This document shows positions 1-14,659 of a stretch of DNA of 64,000 bases, piece after piece. Numbering within the stretch: position 1 is the first letter of the stretch; every line of letters begins with the position of its first letter. A program made the translations under genes and the position numbers. The notes under the pieces are model-generated. The model searched no databases and was not told the origin of the DNA. It saw nothing but the letters and a program-made list of their open reading frames with translations. The DNA is taken from positions 5,664,001 to 5,728,000 of the forward strand of contig CP086569.2 of assembly GCA_009914755.4 (NCBI GenBank), read 5' to 3'. Origin of the DNA: the human T2T-CHM13v2.0 reference genome, Homo sapiens.

Positions 1-2164
1 CAGGCAGTTCTTTATAGCAGCATGAGAATGGATTAATACAATTGGGTACTATGGTTTGAATATTTGTACCCTCCAAAACTCATGTTGAAATGTAATCCCC
101 ACTATGACAATATTGAGAGGTAGGGCCTGAAAGAGGTAATTGGTTCATGAATGTTCTGTCCTAATGAACATATTAATTCATTCAAAAATTAATGGTTTAA
201 TGGATTACTGGGTTTTCATCGAAGTGGGGGAGCCTAGTGGCTTTAAAAGAAGAAGAAGAAAGACTTGAGCAAGTATGTATTCACAGCCCCCTTACCATGA
301 TATCACGCACTGCTGTGGGACTCACTTTGTTTCTTTCTTTCTTTCTGTGAACTTGCATAGAGAAGTAATGCCTTAGAACTTTTATGAGAATCTCCACTAG
401 CAAGAAAACTCTCACCAGATGCTACTCCTTAACCTTGGACTTCTCAACCTCCATAACTACAATAAAAAATTATCTTTTCTATATAAATTTCTTACTTTTG
501 GTATTCTGTTATACACAACATAAAGTACTAAGACATTGGGATAGGTCACCAAGGGCCTTATTATCCTATTGGCATAAGGCTTCTGCAGCCTTTTGGAGAG
601 GTGGTAAAATAATGTATTGTTGAGCAGTAAGATAGAATAGACACTTCAAAAGACCTCTCTCTATAAAACTGAGGAAAATTTCATAAAATACACATTTTAG
701 TGCATTTCTAGACTAGCAAAGAAAAAAGAAACCTCTAAGCACGACCACCATCACCAAAAATGACAAAGTACTGAGTTTGAAATGAAACCAGAAAAGCGAG
801 TTCTGAGCAGCCATTGAAAGAAAAAAAAATGTAGTTACTCTAGAAACAACTGCCAAATTCAGCATTCCAGTCCATGGATTAAAACATGAAAAAGTCTCAA
901 AGAAGGGAGATAAACCTGAGACCATTTTATCAAGGATATTGAGACAGCTGCATTCAAAACATGTCCTATGTAGGCCTTTATATTACCACAGACAAAAATC
1001 AGAGATATAAATTTACTGAACAATGAAGCAAATGAATTGACAGAAGTGAGACTCTGCAGGCAATAAACAACAACAGCAAGGGATTTATATACCTAATACT
1101 TAAATTGGAATTATTAAAAACAGACTGTAAATTATTTGTTAAATGTTAAACAAAATAAAATATGGACTTTGAAAAAGGAACAAGCAATACAAGTCTCTGA
1201 AAAATAGAGTGGTATTTTAAAAACAGCCAAATAAAAATGTTAGAAAAGTGTGTATATACACATAAGCACCCATACGTATTTGTTGAAATTTTGAACTCAA
1301 TAGGTTCTTCTACTTCTGGTACTACGTAAAAAGTTGAGAAATTATTGCTTTCAAAAAACAATGAGAAAAATCCAAATAAGCTACAAAATGAAAGTTTTAC
1401 TTTTTCAACCCATCAGATTGCTGAGGACACAAAGAAATCTAAAAAAAATCCAGGAAGTGCGGGGGCCTATATATATGGTCAGGTATGCCATATTCATTGA
1501 TTGGAAGATGCAATGCTTTTTATGATACCAATTATTCCCATATTGAACAATTTATATGATACAACTGCATTCAACATTTTATATTTCATTTTTTTAAATC
1601 ATCAAGCTGATTCTAAAATTTGATACAAGAAGCAACAAAGCAAGAGCAGTTTTGAAGAGGAAGAACGAAGTTAGAATACTTGGAATAACTAATTACATAA
1701 ATTACTAAATAACTATTTTAACCAACATAATGTGGTATTAGCTTAAGGAAAGACATATATATCCATGAAACAGATGAAAGATGCTGAAATAAACCTATTT
1801 TAAAATATTAATAGAGTTTATTTTTAGAGCAGTTTTAGGTTTACAGAAAAATTTAGTGTAAAAATATAGAGTTCCCACATACTCACTTGCTTCCTGCACA
1901 CAGTTTCCTGTTATTTACATGTTGCATTAGTGTAATATATTTATTACAATTGATGAGTCAATATTGACACAATATTATTAACTAAAGTCTCTACCTTAGA
2001 GTTCACTCTGTGTTGACATTTGGCTTTGACAAATGTATTATGACATGTATTATGACATATTTCAAAATGTAGTTTTTAATTATTATGCAGGTATGGTGAC
2101 GTCAACAGGTCTCCTGAGGTTACTATCTGCCATTGAAAAGGTTGTTTGTAACTCATAGTTTTTA

Positions 2165-2245
2165 AGAGGAGAGTACACTAAAGAGGAGGGTACACTAAAG
2201 AGGAGTTTTCAAGAGGAGGGTACACAGGGGAGCTACACTAAAAAG
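2165..2245. repeat. Degenerate minisatellite, 4-5 units of about 17 bp (GAGGAGGGTACACTAAA-like), directly 5' of an Alu
   Basis: Read directly: gaggagagtacactaaa / gaggagggtacactaaa / gaggagttttcaa / gaggagggtacacagg / ggagctacactaaaaag. Confidence 0.7.
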
Positions 2246-2256
2246 CACCAGATTCA

Positions 2257-2566
<310 letters not shown>

Positions 2567-3171
2567 TCAGGAGGCAGAGAGAATGGAAGAAAACATAGAC
2601 AAGAGCCTTTATTGTGGTTTCCATGAGAAGAAACACATGAGGCAGGGTAAGCAGATTTAGGATTGACTAATTTGAATAACTTCAGCCGGCTCTGAGGCAT
2701 AGTGGCTATCCGTAGTTGTCTGGTACCTGGCTCTGGTGTGATTAGGGCAGATAAATAATTGCCTGGAGTGTGAGAATCTTGTGAAAGACTGACAAAGGTG
2801 GTGTTAGGGTATGAGCTCTGGATTAATTAGTTGGCATATGGAAAGTGTGTTTATAAGTGAGATATTTACTCTCTCTAGGAATTGGCTGGCTCTGGAAGGG
2901 CAATCTCTGCAGTGTTAGTAAGGCCCCACATGTCAAAGCACCAGAAACACATGGTTAATATACATGTATTCACCATTATGGTATTATACAGAATAGTTTT
3001 AATGTCCTAAACCTATTAATTTCTCACTCTGTCCTCTTCCTAAACCCTGACATTTGTTTTTGTTTTTCTTTTTGTCTATCTTTGTCTTTTATTGAATGTC
3101 ATATAGTAGAAATATATGTAGCCTTTTCAGATTGGCTGTTTTTTGCTTAGCATTTATTAAAAAAATCAATT

Positions 3172-3518
<347 letters not shown>

Positions 3519-4609
3519 TCAATAACTAGTCCTGGATAACAGATTATTCATATTTTTAAGAACATAACTCCATCCTTACCTCACACCATACAGAAAAAGC
3601 CAAATTGAAATGATTCATAGATCTAAACTAAGTGTTAACATTCTAAGATTTCTAAAAGAAAACAAAAAATATTTATGACAAAAGATATGTAAAGATTTTA
3701 TAGACTGGACACATAAACATAAACCATAAATGAAAAAAAGATGTACTCTAGAAAATTAGAAGTGTCTCCTCTTAGAAAAATACCAATTTAAAATGAAAAG
3801 AGAAGCCATAGATTGGGGGAAAAGTTTTTGCAATACATATGTGTAATAGGTAGAATCTTAAGGTGCCTCCCCCAAGATTTCTGCTCTCTGGTGTACACAC
3901 TTTGTATTATCTCTTTCCCTTAAGTGTGGGAAAGACAAGCAAATAGGATACGATATTATTCCTTTGATTAGATTACTAATCAGTGAATTTTGAGTTAAAC
4001 AAAAGGGAGACTATACTGGGTGGGTCTAGCCTAACAAGAAACAAAAAGCAGCACCAAATATGCTACTCCTGGCCTCAAAGAAAACAACCATATATGTTTA
4101 CAACTGCCTATAAATGCCATAGAGCAAGGAAATATGGGTGGTCTCTAGGCACAGAGAGTATTCCTCAGCAAATGGTTAGCAGGAAAACAGGGACTTCAGT
4201 CATACAGCCACAAGGAAATGAGTTATACCAATAATCAATGAGCTTGGAAGAGAACACTCAGCCTCAGATGCAAATCACAGTGCCATTATATAATCTTCAT
4301 TATAGCGTGATCAGTGGATTTATTTTAAAGCCATCCACAGATTCCTGGCCCATTGTAGAAGAGTAAGTCTGTGTTGTAAGATAATGAATTTGTATTAAGT
4401 TGCTAGATTTGTGATACATCATTATGCAGGAATAGAAAATGAACACAATATTTTTGACAAAAGACTTAGAAATTATAAACAATTTCTACAATTCAACCAT
4501 ATAAACTCAAACAATCAAAGATCTGGATGAAATATTTGAACAGACACTTGACCAAAAATGATATATTAATGGTAAGCACAATAAAATATGTTTACAATAA
4601 TTTTCTATG

Positions 4610-5100
4610 CTGCTATATCAAATTACTAAGAAGCTAGTGGTTTAAAGCAACAAAATTTATCATCTTACAGTTCTTTAGGATAGAAATTACATGGCTCTAC
4701 CTGGGCTAAAATTAAATTGTCTGCAGGAGTGCATTTCTTTCTGGAGACTCTAGAAAAGAGTCATTTATTGTTCTTTTTTCAGGTTCTAAAGAACTCCCAC
4801 ATTCCTTGGATCATGACCCCCTTCATCCATCTTCAAGGCTAGCACCTTTGCCTGTCTCTGATCATTCTTCCATAGCCACATCTCCCTTGACCCTTGGCTT
4901 ATCTGGGAAAGATTTGACATTCTTAAAGACTCATGAGATTAGGTTGGATCCACATAGCTAATCCAGGATAAACTCATCTGAAAGTCCTTAAAGCTTAATC
5001 ACATTTCTACAGTCCCTTTTGCTATGTAAGGTAACATATTCATAGGTTCTAGGTATTAAAATGTGGACATCTTTGGAAGATCATTATTCTGCCTATCACA
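4610..5100. mobile_element. Old mammalian interspersed repeat (LTR/MaLR- or DNA-transposon-like); family not assigned
   Basis: Recognisable high-copy motifs: ttaaagcaacaaaatttatcatcttacagttct, gggctaaaattaaattgtctgcagg, aatccaggataaactcatctgaaagtccttaa.cttaatcacatttctacagtcccttttgctatgtaaggtaacatattcataggttc, ggacatctttgg..cattattctgcctatcaca. Confidence 0.4.
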
Positions 5101-7639
5101 ATGCTCAACATTATTAGTTATCAAAAAAAAAATTAAAATAAAAATGAGATGACACTATGTACCCACTAGAAGAGCTAAAATTGTAAATACAGTACTGCAC
5201 CGTACGTTAACAAGGATATATAGGAACTGGGCCTTACAATAATGCTGGGGAGAACAGAAAATAATACAACTACTTTGAAAAATGGTTTACTGACTTCTTA
5301 GTTCAAATATACACTTACCAATGACCCAGAAATGTTATTCTTACATGCTTACCCAAGGTATATAGAACACATGTCCACAATGGACTTGTTCACAAATGGC
5401 AATAGTAGTTTTATTGATAATAAGTAAAAGCTAGAAACCACCTAAACATCCATCAATAAAAGAATACATAAACAAATTGTGAGGTGTCCACACAAAGGAA
5501 CACTACACAGTAATAAAAGTCAGCAAACCTCTCATATGCACAACAACATGTATGAAACTCAGGATCACTATGGACTAGTCACAAAAGAGAATATGCCATG
5601 AGATTTCATTTATATTAAACTCCAGGAAATATGACTGTAATCCAATGATAGAAAACAAATCAATGTTGCCTACGTCCTGGGAGAGGGAGCAAGGATATGC
5701 TGGGAAGGGTCATATGGGCAACTTTTGAGATGATTAAAAAATATATATTGATTACAGTCATACATTACAATGGTCATATACATATGTTAAAATCACCAAA
5801 CCATAAACTAAATATGTGCATTTTATAACATAAAATTATACTTTATTATAGTTTATTTTTATAAAATGAAAAAGTAAAGGCATTTTCAGATAGATGAAAT
5901 ATAAGACAATTTGTCTCCAGCTGATCTTCCCTACAGGAAATTCTAAGAGATTTGTCAGGCTAAAGCTACCAGATGGAAACATATGGAATTCCAGATCTTC
6001 AAGAAGAAATGTGGAAAGATTAACTATCTGGATAAATGCAAAATACTTTTCAAAAAGTACATGTTTATCTATGTATATCTGAATATCAGTAATATATTGC
6101 TATATACCAAACTCTTATACTAAAAAGGCAGCAGGAGAATATTTCTTTCTGCTCAGCTAAGATAGTCTTATATAGCATAATCACGGGAGTGACTGCCACA
6201 TCAGCTATGCTATATGCTATTGGCTAGAAGCAAGTAAGGTTTGACCACACTTCATGGGAAGGGATTATAAAAGGCATAAATCATTGGTGGGGAGAGTCAC
6301 CTTAGGAAGTTCTCACAAAAGGCTACCCTCTGATTCCCCAGTGATCTATGTCTCTTTTATATGCAATATATACTCATCCCACCCCAATACCACCCAAATC
6401 TCATATTCCATTACAGCATCAGCTCAAATTTCAAAATCTCGTCAACTATATATGGACCAGGTGCAAGTGACACTTATAGATTTAATCAATTTTTCTTGTG
6501 AGGCAAAATATTTCTTTGTATTGTGGATTTGTGAAAGTAAAGAGACAAGTTATCTGCATAGTACACAAAGTGTACTATGATGGTTAATTTTAGGTACTGA
6601 CTTGACTGGGTCACGTGGTAATCAGGAATTTGGTTAAATATTATTTCTGGGTGTGTCTGTGAGGGTGTTTCTGGATGAGATTAACATTTGAATCAGTAGA
6701 CTGAGTAAAGCAGATTACCCTCCCGGTGTGAGTGAGCTCTATTCAATCCATTGAAGTCCTGGATAGAAAAAAATATGAGTAAAAAAGAATTCTTTCTCTC
6801 TGCCTGATTGACTTTAAACTGGGGCATTGGTCTTATCTTACCTTCAGACTCAAACTCAGACTGGAAGTTACACAATCTATTCTCCTGGTTCTCAGGCCTT
6901 TGGACTCAAACAACAACTCCATCAACTCTCCTGGGTCTCTAGTTTGCCAGCTGCATATCTTGAATTTCTCAGCCTCCATAATCACATGAGCCAACCCAGA
7001 CTAATACAACACTCAACATACTATAGTAGGATAGATACAAGATAATAGCTATAGACATCTCAGTTTGAATGAGGGAGAAAATGAAAGGTGAAATTAAGTC
7101 ACTGGTTCATGGAAGTTATGAAATCTAGACAGGCAAACTCTAACCAAAGCTCCTTGATCGGGTTTCAATGATAAGGAATAATCTTTGGAACATTTAGCTG
7201 TGCCCTATGAGTTTTTTTGTTTCTGCCCTTCAAATCATTCTTCCTTTTTCACGGAAAGTAGCTTGTGTTTGCAGCTCAGTCTGCTTCCTGCCAGTAGAAT
7301 TTTGGAAATCCAAGAAACATGTTTTGTTTTCAGTTCTGTGTCTTTTTTTTAGTCCAAGCTGACAGCATTTCTGCTAAAATACATTTCTTAAGAAGCTAGT
7401 GAGCCTTCATGTATTTAATAGGGATTCATTTCATTAGACAAAAGACAGACCCACTGATCTTTTCAAGATAACTGCTTCTCTAATTCTTTCTGGCTCCTGC
7501 TAAGTTGGATGAGAGAAAATGCCCTTACAGTTCCAAGTAATTTTCTGATTTGGTTAAGAGATCAGTGAGGTAAAAAATCTTTTCAAATAAACTTTTGTGA
7601 GACTGATACTGTAATATTTTTATCTTTCTGAGGTTTCAG

Positions 7640-8175
7640 GAAAGGGTTGTATGCCGAGACCAGCTCGGTAGTGGAGACCCTAACCCCCACGACCCTAACC
7701 CAGCAGCGCTAGAGGAATTAAAGACACACACACAGAAATATAGCATGTGGAGTGGGAAATCAGGGGTCTCACAACCTTCAGAGCTGAGAGCCTCTGACAG
7801 AGGTTTACCCACACATTTATTGACAGAAAGCCAGTGATAAACATTGTTTCTATAGATTATAGATTAACTAAAAGTATTCCTTACAAGGAAACAAAGGGAT
7901 GGGCCGAAATAAAGGGATGGGTCTGGCTAGATATTTGCAGCAGCAACATGTCTTAAGGGGCAGATTGCTCATGCTAGTGTTTGTGGTTTAAGAATGCCTT
8001 AAGCGGTTTTCGGCCCTGGGTGGGCCAGGTGTTCCTTGCCCACATTCCGGCAAACCCACAACCTTCAGCGTGGGCGTCAGGGCCATCACAAACATGTCAC
8101 AGTGCTGCAGAGATTTTGTTTATGGCCAGTTTTGGGGCCAGTTTATGACCAGATTTGGGGGGCCTGTTCCCAATA
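7640..8175. mobile_element. LTR-like interspersed repeat, probably an ERV solo LTR; family not assigned
   Basis: Motifs recalled from a high-copy human repeat: gagaccctaaccccc..ccctaacccagcagcgctagaggaattaaagacacacacacagaaatatag..tggagtgggaaatcaggggtctcacaaccttcagagctgagagcc..gccaggtgttccttgccc..ccacaaccttc..tcacagtgctgcagagattttgtttatggccagttttggggccagtttatgacc. Confidence 0.35.
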
Positions 8176-10869
8176 GTTGTAGAGTCACCCACAGCCTTTT
8201 CTCTAGAACACAATTTTCTAACAGTGAATCTCCTAATTCAGTTTCTTTGGGCAACTTGATAAGCTGAAAATTTCCAAAATTATCAAGTCTTGCTTGCTTT
8301 TCATATAACACTGCTTTCTTCAATTTAAATCTTTTCTCTCACATTTTACTAATAAGCGACAAAACTATGACATACATTGAACACTTTGTTTGCAGATCTC
8401 ATCTAAATATCTAAGGTGATCAGTTAAATTTTATTCCACATAACCGAAAGTCACATTTCTGCTAAGTTCACCAACACTATAAAACAATGGTCCTTCTTCC
8501 TCCAATTTCCATTAATATATCCTTCCCTACTTTTTGAGCTCTCACCCCTAGTGTCCTCCAAGTCCAAGTTTCTAACTATTAAGAGTGATTTAATTTTGCT
8601 GTGTCATGCCCTTAATAAATCTTCCAGATTCTGCCCATTGCTTTTCTCATAAGCAGCACTGCAATAAAGATAACAAAATTTGTATTAGCTATCTATTGCT
8701 ACTTAAATTCTGCATTATTCAGGTTACCAGAGAAGCTGAACTGGTAGATTATGTATGCATTTATATGTATTTCTTAAAAGGGATCTTATTCAATTGAGGG
8801 AATTGACTAAGCATGTCTGAAGTCCATTGAACAAGCAGTCAAGAAGGGAAGATCAAACTCAGGATGAAATTCCATAGGCATGGGTTGAAGTTTTTGGTCC
8901 ATAGATGGCAGTTGGAAAGAAAGTTCTAGAGTAAGGGAGAAATTCTAGACTCAGTGTCTAAAATCTCACTCATACAGGAGATCTATGAAAACCTTTAAAT
9001 ATTTTGGACTGATTAAGTAAATTCTACCCTGGATAATCTCTCTTCTGATGAATTTAAAGTCAGTAGATTAAAGTCAAAATATTAGGAATATTAATCACCC
9101 TACAATTGAAAAATTGTGATTGAAAAATCCATACCTAGCAACAGCTAGATTAATGTTTGATGGAAGAACTGAAGTTTTGTGTTTGCTAAGAAACGGCCAT
9201 TGCCTTCCCTTAGTTCTCCAAATCTCCTAAAGAAAAATCCCTTGTCATCTTCCTGAAACAAAATCAAACTAGAATGGAAATTATTGAAATTGTAGTTCAG
9301 CTTAGCCAAGCTGATACATCAAAAAGTCAGAAAAGCTACGTTAACCCTTGGCCTCTGAAGACAAGCCATGTCTTTTTTGCTGCAATTTTTTGGTCAAGTA
9401 AGTGTCAGGACCAGACTATATTAAAATGGAGCTATACTAGGCTTTATATCATGATGAAAGTTGTGAAAATGTATCAGTAGCCATTTTTAATTTGCCATAT
9501 TCTGCTCTTTGATTATAAATTATTTATATCCCACCGCATCCAGTGTATACTCACCACTCCCAAACTCCCTTCCCTCAAATACACACTGTATTATTCTATT
9601 TATGTAAAATATAAGAATAGGTGAGACTAATCTGTGATAATGCTTCTCAGGGAGAACTTGACTGGAAAGATGTGTAAAGAAACTTCCTGAGGTATGGGAA
9701 TGTTTTATAACTGACCTTGAGAGGGGGTTACACAAATATAAACAATTGTCAAAATTTATCTGAATAAACAAATAAACCTTTATAGATTTTATTTTAGGTA
9801 AATTTTATCTCAATAACATGCTTTTTAATATATCAAATTCTAAGGAACTAATGAAAGTTGGATTAAACACAGCTGAATAGAAATTTGTAAATCTAAAGAT
9901 AGATCTGAATAAATAGTCAGAATGTAGTACAGAAAGTCAAAGAATTGGAAAATATGAGAGGATAATACAAGCGGAAGATAGAATGAAAAGGTCTAAAATA
10001 TATCTAATCAGAGTCTCAAAATGAGAAAACTGAGAGGATGAATGAGAACCAATCTATAAAAATACTACGGTTGAGGATTTTTCAGAAATTATGAGAGAGA
10101 TGAAAAACTTAAATTTCAAAAGAACAAGGATTTTTGTCTATTAATTTATTACATTACTGTCAGTATGTAGAACCCTTCCAGGCATAAATTAGATATGTAA
10201 TAAATATTAATAAATATTTGCGGAATAAATGACTAAAGCCTCAGAAATAAGAGGAAATGTAAACACAAAAAAAATAAATTCACTTATAAGCTCATTGTAG
10301 TAAAGCTATTGAAGTTCTAAGATAAAGATAAGATTTTGAAAGTAGCTACAATAAAAAGATAAGTAAAATACAATTATACTCTATTCCTATAAAAATCTAC
10401 AGAAAGATTTCAAAAATACTAAAATATAGCCTGCAGAATGTTCTTCTTTGGTTAACACTATCTAAGAGAAGGTATCTTGGTTTTATCAATATTAAATTTT
10501 TTTGAACACATATATATATATATACATGAGGTTGTTTTTAGAACTAAGAGAGACAATATTTAGCAACTGTTGCTAAAAACTATATTAATTGATTGGTAAA
10601 AGAGAAATAATACCTAAAGCATTTTACGTCTTAAGAAGAAAGATGTTTACACATAAATAGAGATTTCACTGTTTTAAATTTAGGTTTTGAGATTGATTTG
10701 TAACAAACTGTAAAATTTCTGATTTTAAAGAATGGTTTTCAATTAGCATTTTTACATAGAATATTTGATATGCAGGATCAAATTACTGACATTAAGAAAG
10801 AGATGCTTGTTTTTGCAAACCAAATCAATGACACATAGACAGGATAAAACAACAGACCAGCCTGAACAC

Positions 10870-11290
10870 CACAGGAATAAATGTGATTAGAAAAATGTGC
10901 TAGATTTCATTATTAATCAGAGAAATGTATATTAAATCTAGGAAGTTATACCATTTTACATTCATTAATTTGGCAAACATTAAAGAAATGTTAGCAAGAA
11001 TGTGGATCAGTGGGAACTCCAATGTTATATCGTGCTCATAATAGTTTAAACAAGCAAATTTACTTTGGAAAACAATGGGTATTTTTTTTTAAGTTGAATA
11101 TTGATATTGTTTTTGATCCAGCAATTCTATTATAAGGTATTCATAACATAAAAGACTATACATTGGGTACAGTGTACCCTGTTCCAGTGATGGGTACATC
11201 AATATTTCAGAAGGCACCACTGAATAACTTGTCCATGAGACTCAACAACACCTGTTCCCCCAAAACCTATTTAAATAAAAATTAAAAAAG
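10870..11290 (+). mobile_element. L1 (older primate/mammalian subfamily) 3'-terminal fragment ending in an A-rich tail
   Basis: L1 3' UTR motifs: gatccagcaattctattataaggtat, ttgggtacagtgtaccctgttccagtgatgggtacatcaatatttcagaaggcaccactgaataacttgtccatgagactcaacaacacctgttcccccaaaacctatttaaataaaaattaaaaaag. Confidence 0.6.
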
Positions 11291-13750
11291 ATTACACTGG
11301 GAGATGTTTCTTCAACATTTCTAGAATACAATGTATATGGCAACAATTTTGTAATAGCAAAAACATAGACTAATATAAATGTTGTAGTAGTATAATGGAT
11401 ATATATGCATTGGCATATTCACCCTACATAATATTATCCAACTGTGATACTTGAGGAACTACAACTATATTTTACAACTATGATAAATATTAAAGACATA
11501 ATTTTTGCTTCAAAAAGCAAAACACAGAAGACAACTTCTATCATGCAATGTTCATAACTCAAAACAAGCATAATGAGCGATGTCAGCAAGATGGTGAATT
11601 AGGAAGAGCCAAGTGCTCACTACCCTGTGGAAACACCAAGTACACAACATATGGACCAAAGTAGCTTTATGACAACTCTGGAAATCAGTTAAGAAGCTGC
11701 AGCATCTAAGAGAACCCTCAGCCAAGAAAAAGCCACACTCAAAATGGTGATATGTTTTGTGGCATTTTTTCTTGCCCATGTCCCTACCCCCTCCCTGTTC
11801 TGTTGTGGCATAGCTGGGAGGAAGCCTCCTTAATTCCTAGTTTCTCAATACAGAAGAAAAACAGTAAAACTTGTTCACAATAACGTGGCTTGTCTTGGGC
11901 CTACCCAAGGTAATGGTTTCTGTCTTGTCTTAACTGGAGCGCTGATGGGGACAGTGGCATAGATGTAATATCAGATTGTAAGGTACTGAAAACAATAGTG
12001 GGCACAGTCGTGTGTGAAAACTACAGGAAAACTGCAGACTTGTGGATGCCTGAGGGCAAGAGATTACAAACAGAATAATAGAACATCTAAGGACCAGAGA
12101 AGAAACAGAAATGAGGCTTTTAAAGGAATGAAGATATTTAAAATCAGCCATGTACATGGGGAATTGGGTAATAGAGCACATGCACAGGCCCCATGAACAT
12201 GTATCCTCAGAAAAGGCCAGAGAAGATCTTGAGTTTTCATGCAAGAGTGGTTAGTGGTGTCTTCTCTATAGAGTTAATCTACAAGCACTGTAAGAAGTGA
12301 TTGTTTTTTCAAATCAAATTTTCAACAAAAGATCACAATGCATAAAAGACACAGGAAATGATGTCCCATTTCAAATAACAAACTAAATCTTCAGAAACCA
12401 TCCGTAAGTAAACAGTCTTAGAAGTTACTTGATAAAGTTTTTAAAACAAATGTCTTAAATATGCTCAAAAAGCTGAAGGAGAACACAGACAAAGCATTAA
12501 GGAACTTAGAAAAATAATACCTTAACATAATAAAAATATTAATAAAAATATATAAATTAATAAAAAGAATCAAATGAATATTCTGGAGCTGTAAAATTTA
12601 ATAACTGAATTGAAAAATACACTAGAGAAACTCAACAGCAGACCTGAACAGGTAAAAGAAATAACCAGCACACATGAAGACAGATCATTTAAAAGTATGG
12701 ATCTGAGGAGAAGAAAGAAAAAATAAGGAAGTAAACAGAGTAAGGGACTTATGGGACATCATCAAGTAGATTAATACATGCATTATCAAAGTCTCAGAAG
12801 AAGATACAAAGAAAGGGAAAGAGAGGTTATTTGATGGAATAATTACCACAATCTCCCAAATTTGGAAAAAGACATACAAATTCAAGAGGCTAAAAAACTC
12901 AAAACATGAAAAGTTCAAAGACACCCACACTAAGAGAGATAATAATAAAAGAGTTGAATGTCAAAGAAGAAGAGAGAATCTTTAAAGCAAATAGAGACAA
13001 GTTTTCCTCAGTAGGTTTATCAGTAGATTTGTCAGCAGAAATATTTTAGGCTAGGAGGAAATTGGATTATATTTTTAAAGTATTGATATTAAGAACAAAA
13101 AAAGTCAAAGGACAATTCTGTATCTCGAAAAACTGTCCATCATAATTCAGGGAGAAATTAAGACATTCCTAGATAAACAAAGAATAGCATTCATTCATTC
13201 ATTATCATTAGATCTACTCTACAATGAATGCTAAAGGGAATCCTTCAAGTTGGAATGAAAGGACACTAGAGGATAACTTGAAGCAATACAAAAATATAAA
13301 GTAACCCATTAAACATAAATAGATGAACAATATTAAAACCTATATTATTAAGATTTTGGTTTATAACTTCACTTTATTTAATAGAATTTAAAACACAAGC
13401 TAAGAAACATTTATGAATCTATGCTAATTGGTATACAATCTATAAAGATGTAATTTGTGACATCAATAACAAAAAGGAAAGTGGAGTGGTAAACAAGTAG
13501 AGATTCTGTATGAAATTAAAGTTAAGTTGTTATGTTTAAAATTGACTGTTATAACTTAAATATTTTATGTAATATCTATGTTAAAAACAAAGAATAGAAA
13601 ATTTTTACAAAGAAAATATACACAAAGGAAAATAAGAAGGGAATCAAAATGTGGCACTACAAAAATGAACTAAACATTCACAAAAACAGTAAGGGAGGAA
13701 GTGAAAGACAAAAAAACCATAAGACATACAGAAAACCATTACCAAATGGC

Positions 13751-13830
13751 ATTAGTAAGTCTTTTTCTATTAGTAATTATTTTACATGTAAGTACTTTCC
13801 TATTAGTAATTACATTACATGTACATTAAA
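13751..13830. repeat. Tandem duplication, about 2.5 copies of a ~27-bp unit (ttcctattagtaattacattacatgta)
   Basis: attagtaagtctttttctattagtaattattttacatgtaagtactttcctattagtaattacattacatgtacatt. Confidence 0.8.
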
Positions 13831-13997
13831 CATGAATGTAAATTACTTTCAATGCCAATCAAAAGACAGATTGCCAGAATGGAAAATAAACAAAAACTCG
13901 GAATCCATTCCACTATGCTGTCTACAGGAGATTCACTTTAGGTCTAAGGACTTACCTCAGGGCAAGTGAAAAGATCGAAAAATGTATTCCAGACAAA

Positions 13998-14303
13998 TGT
14001 ACTGTGGCTTATGCCTGTAATTCCAGCACTTTGCAAGGCCAAGGCAAGAGGATCACTTGAGGCCAGGCCAGGAGTTAGAGAGCAGCCTGAGCAACACAGT
14101 GAGACACTGTCTCTAAAAAACAAACAACAGCAACAAAAAGCCAGACATGGTGGAAAATGCCTATAATCCCAGCTACATATGAAGCTGAGATACGGAGAGT
14201 GCTTGAGCCTTGGAGTTCGAGGTTACAGTGAGTTACGATCATGGCACTACACTATAGCCTGGGTGACAGGGTGAGATCATGTTTCTGAAAAAGAAAAAAA
14301 AAA
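13998..14303 (+). mobile_element. Alu SINE (older, AluJ/S-like, lacking the first few bp) nested inside the old L1
   Basis: tgtggcttatgcctgtaattccagcactttgcaaggccaaggcaagaggatcacttgaggccaggccaggagttagagagcagcctgagcaacacagtgagacactgtctc...gcctataatcccagctac...gcctgggtgacagggtgagatc + A-rich tail. Confidence 0.9.
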
Positions 14304-14659
14304 CAGAGAGAAAAAAATATTCCATTGAATAAATAGTGGAGAAAGAAAACCCGGGTGGCTATAATAATAGCAGACAAAATAGGCTTTAAGTCACAAACTT
14401 TTATAAGAGACAAAGAAGAACATTAAATCATGATAAATGAATCATTCCACCTAGAAAATATAACAATTATCATATGCACCAAATATCATAACTCCAAAAT
14501 ATGTGACGCAAATATCGACAGAATCAAACAGAGAAATAGGAATAGGAGGAGACTTCAATACTTCACTTTCAATAATAGAAAATGAGACAGAAGATCAATA
14601 AGAAAAGGGAGGACTTAAATATCACCACAACAATTGGATGTAAAAGATATATATGGAAA

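Larger units (their letters stand above)
11575..14650 (+). mobile_element. Old L1 (L1M/L1PB-like), 5' portion: 5'UTR-like start, degenerate ORF1, first ~0.8 kb of ORF2; interrupted by an Alu
   Basis: gcaagatggtgaattaggaa resembles an L1 5'UTR start. ORF1-like stretch at 12700-13200. ORF2 endonuclease N-terminus from about 13830 and 14340-14650. The frame is broken by many stops. Confidence 0.6.

Noticed and set aside
13981-14320. Possible target-site duplication for the nested Alu (gaaaaatgtattcca upstream, gaaaaaaatattccatt downstream)
   Set aside because: The putative upstream copy is separated from the Alu start by gacaaatg, so the repeats do not bracket the element cleanly. It is probably chance similarity within A-rich L1 sequence.
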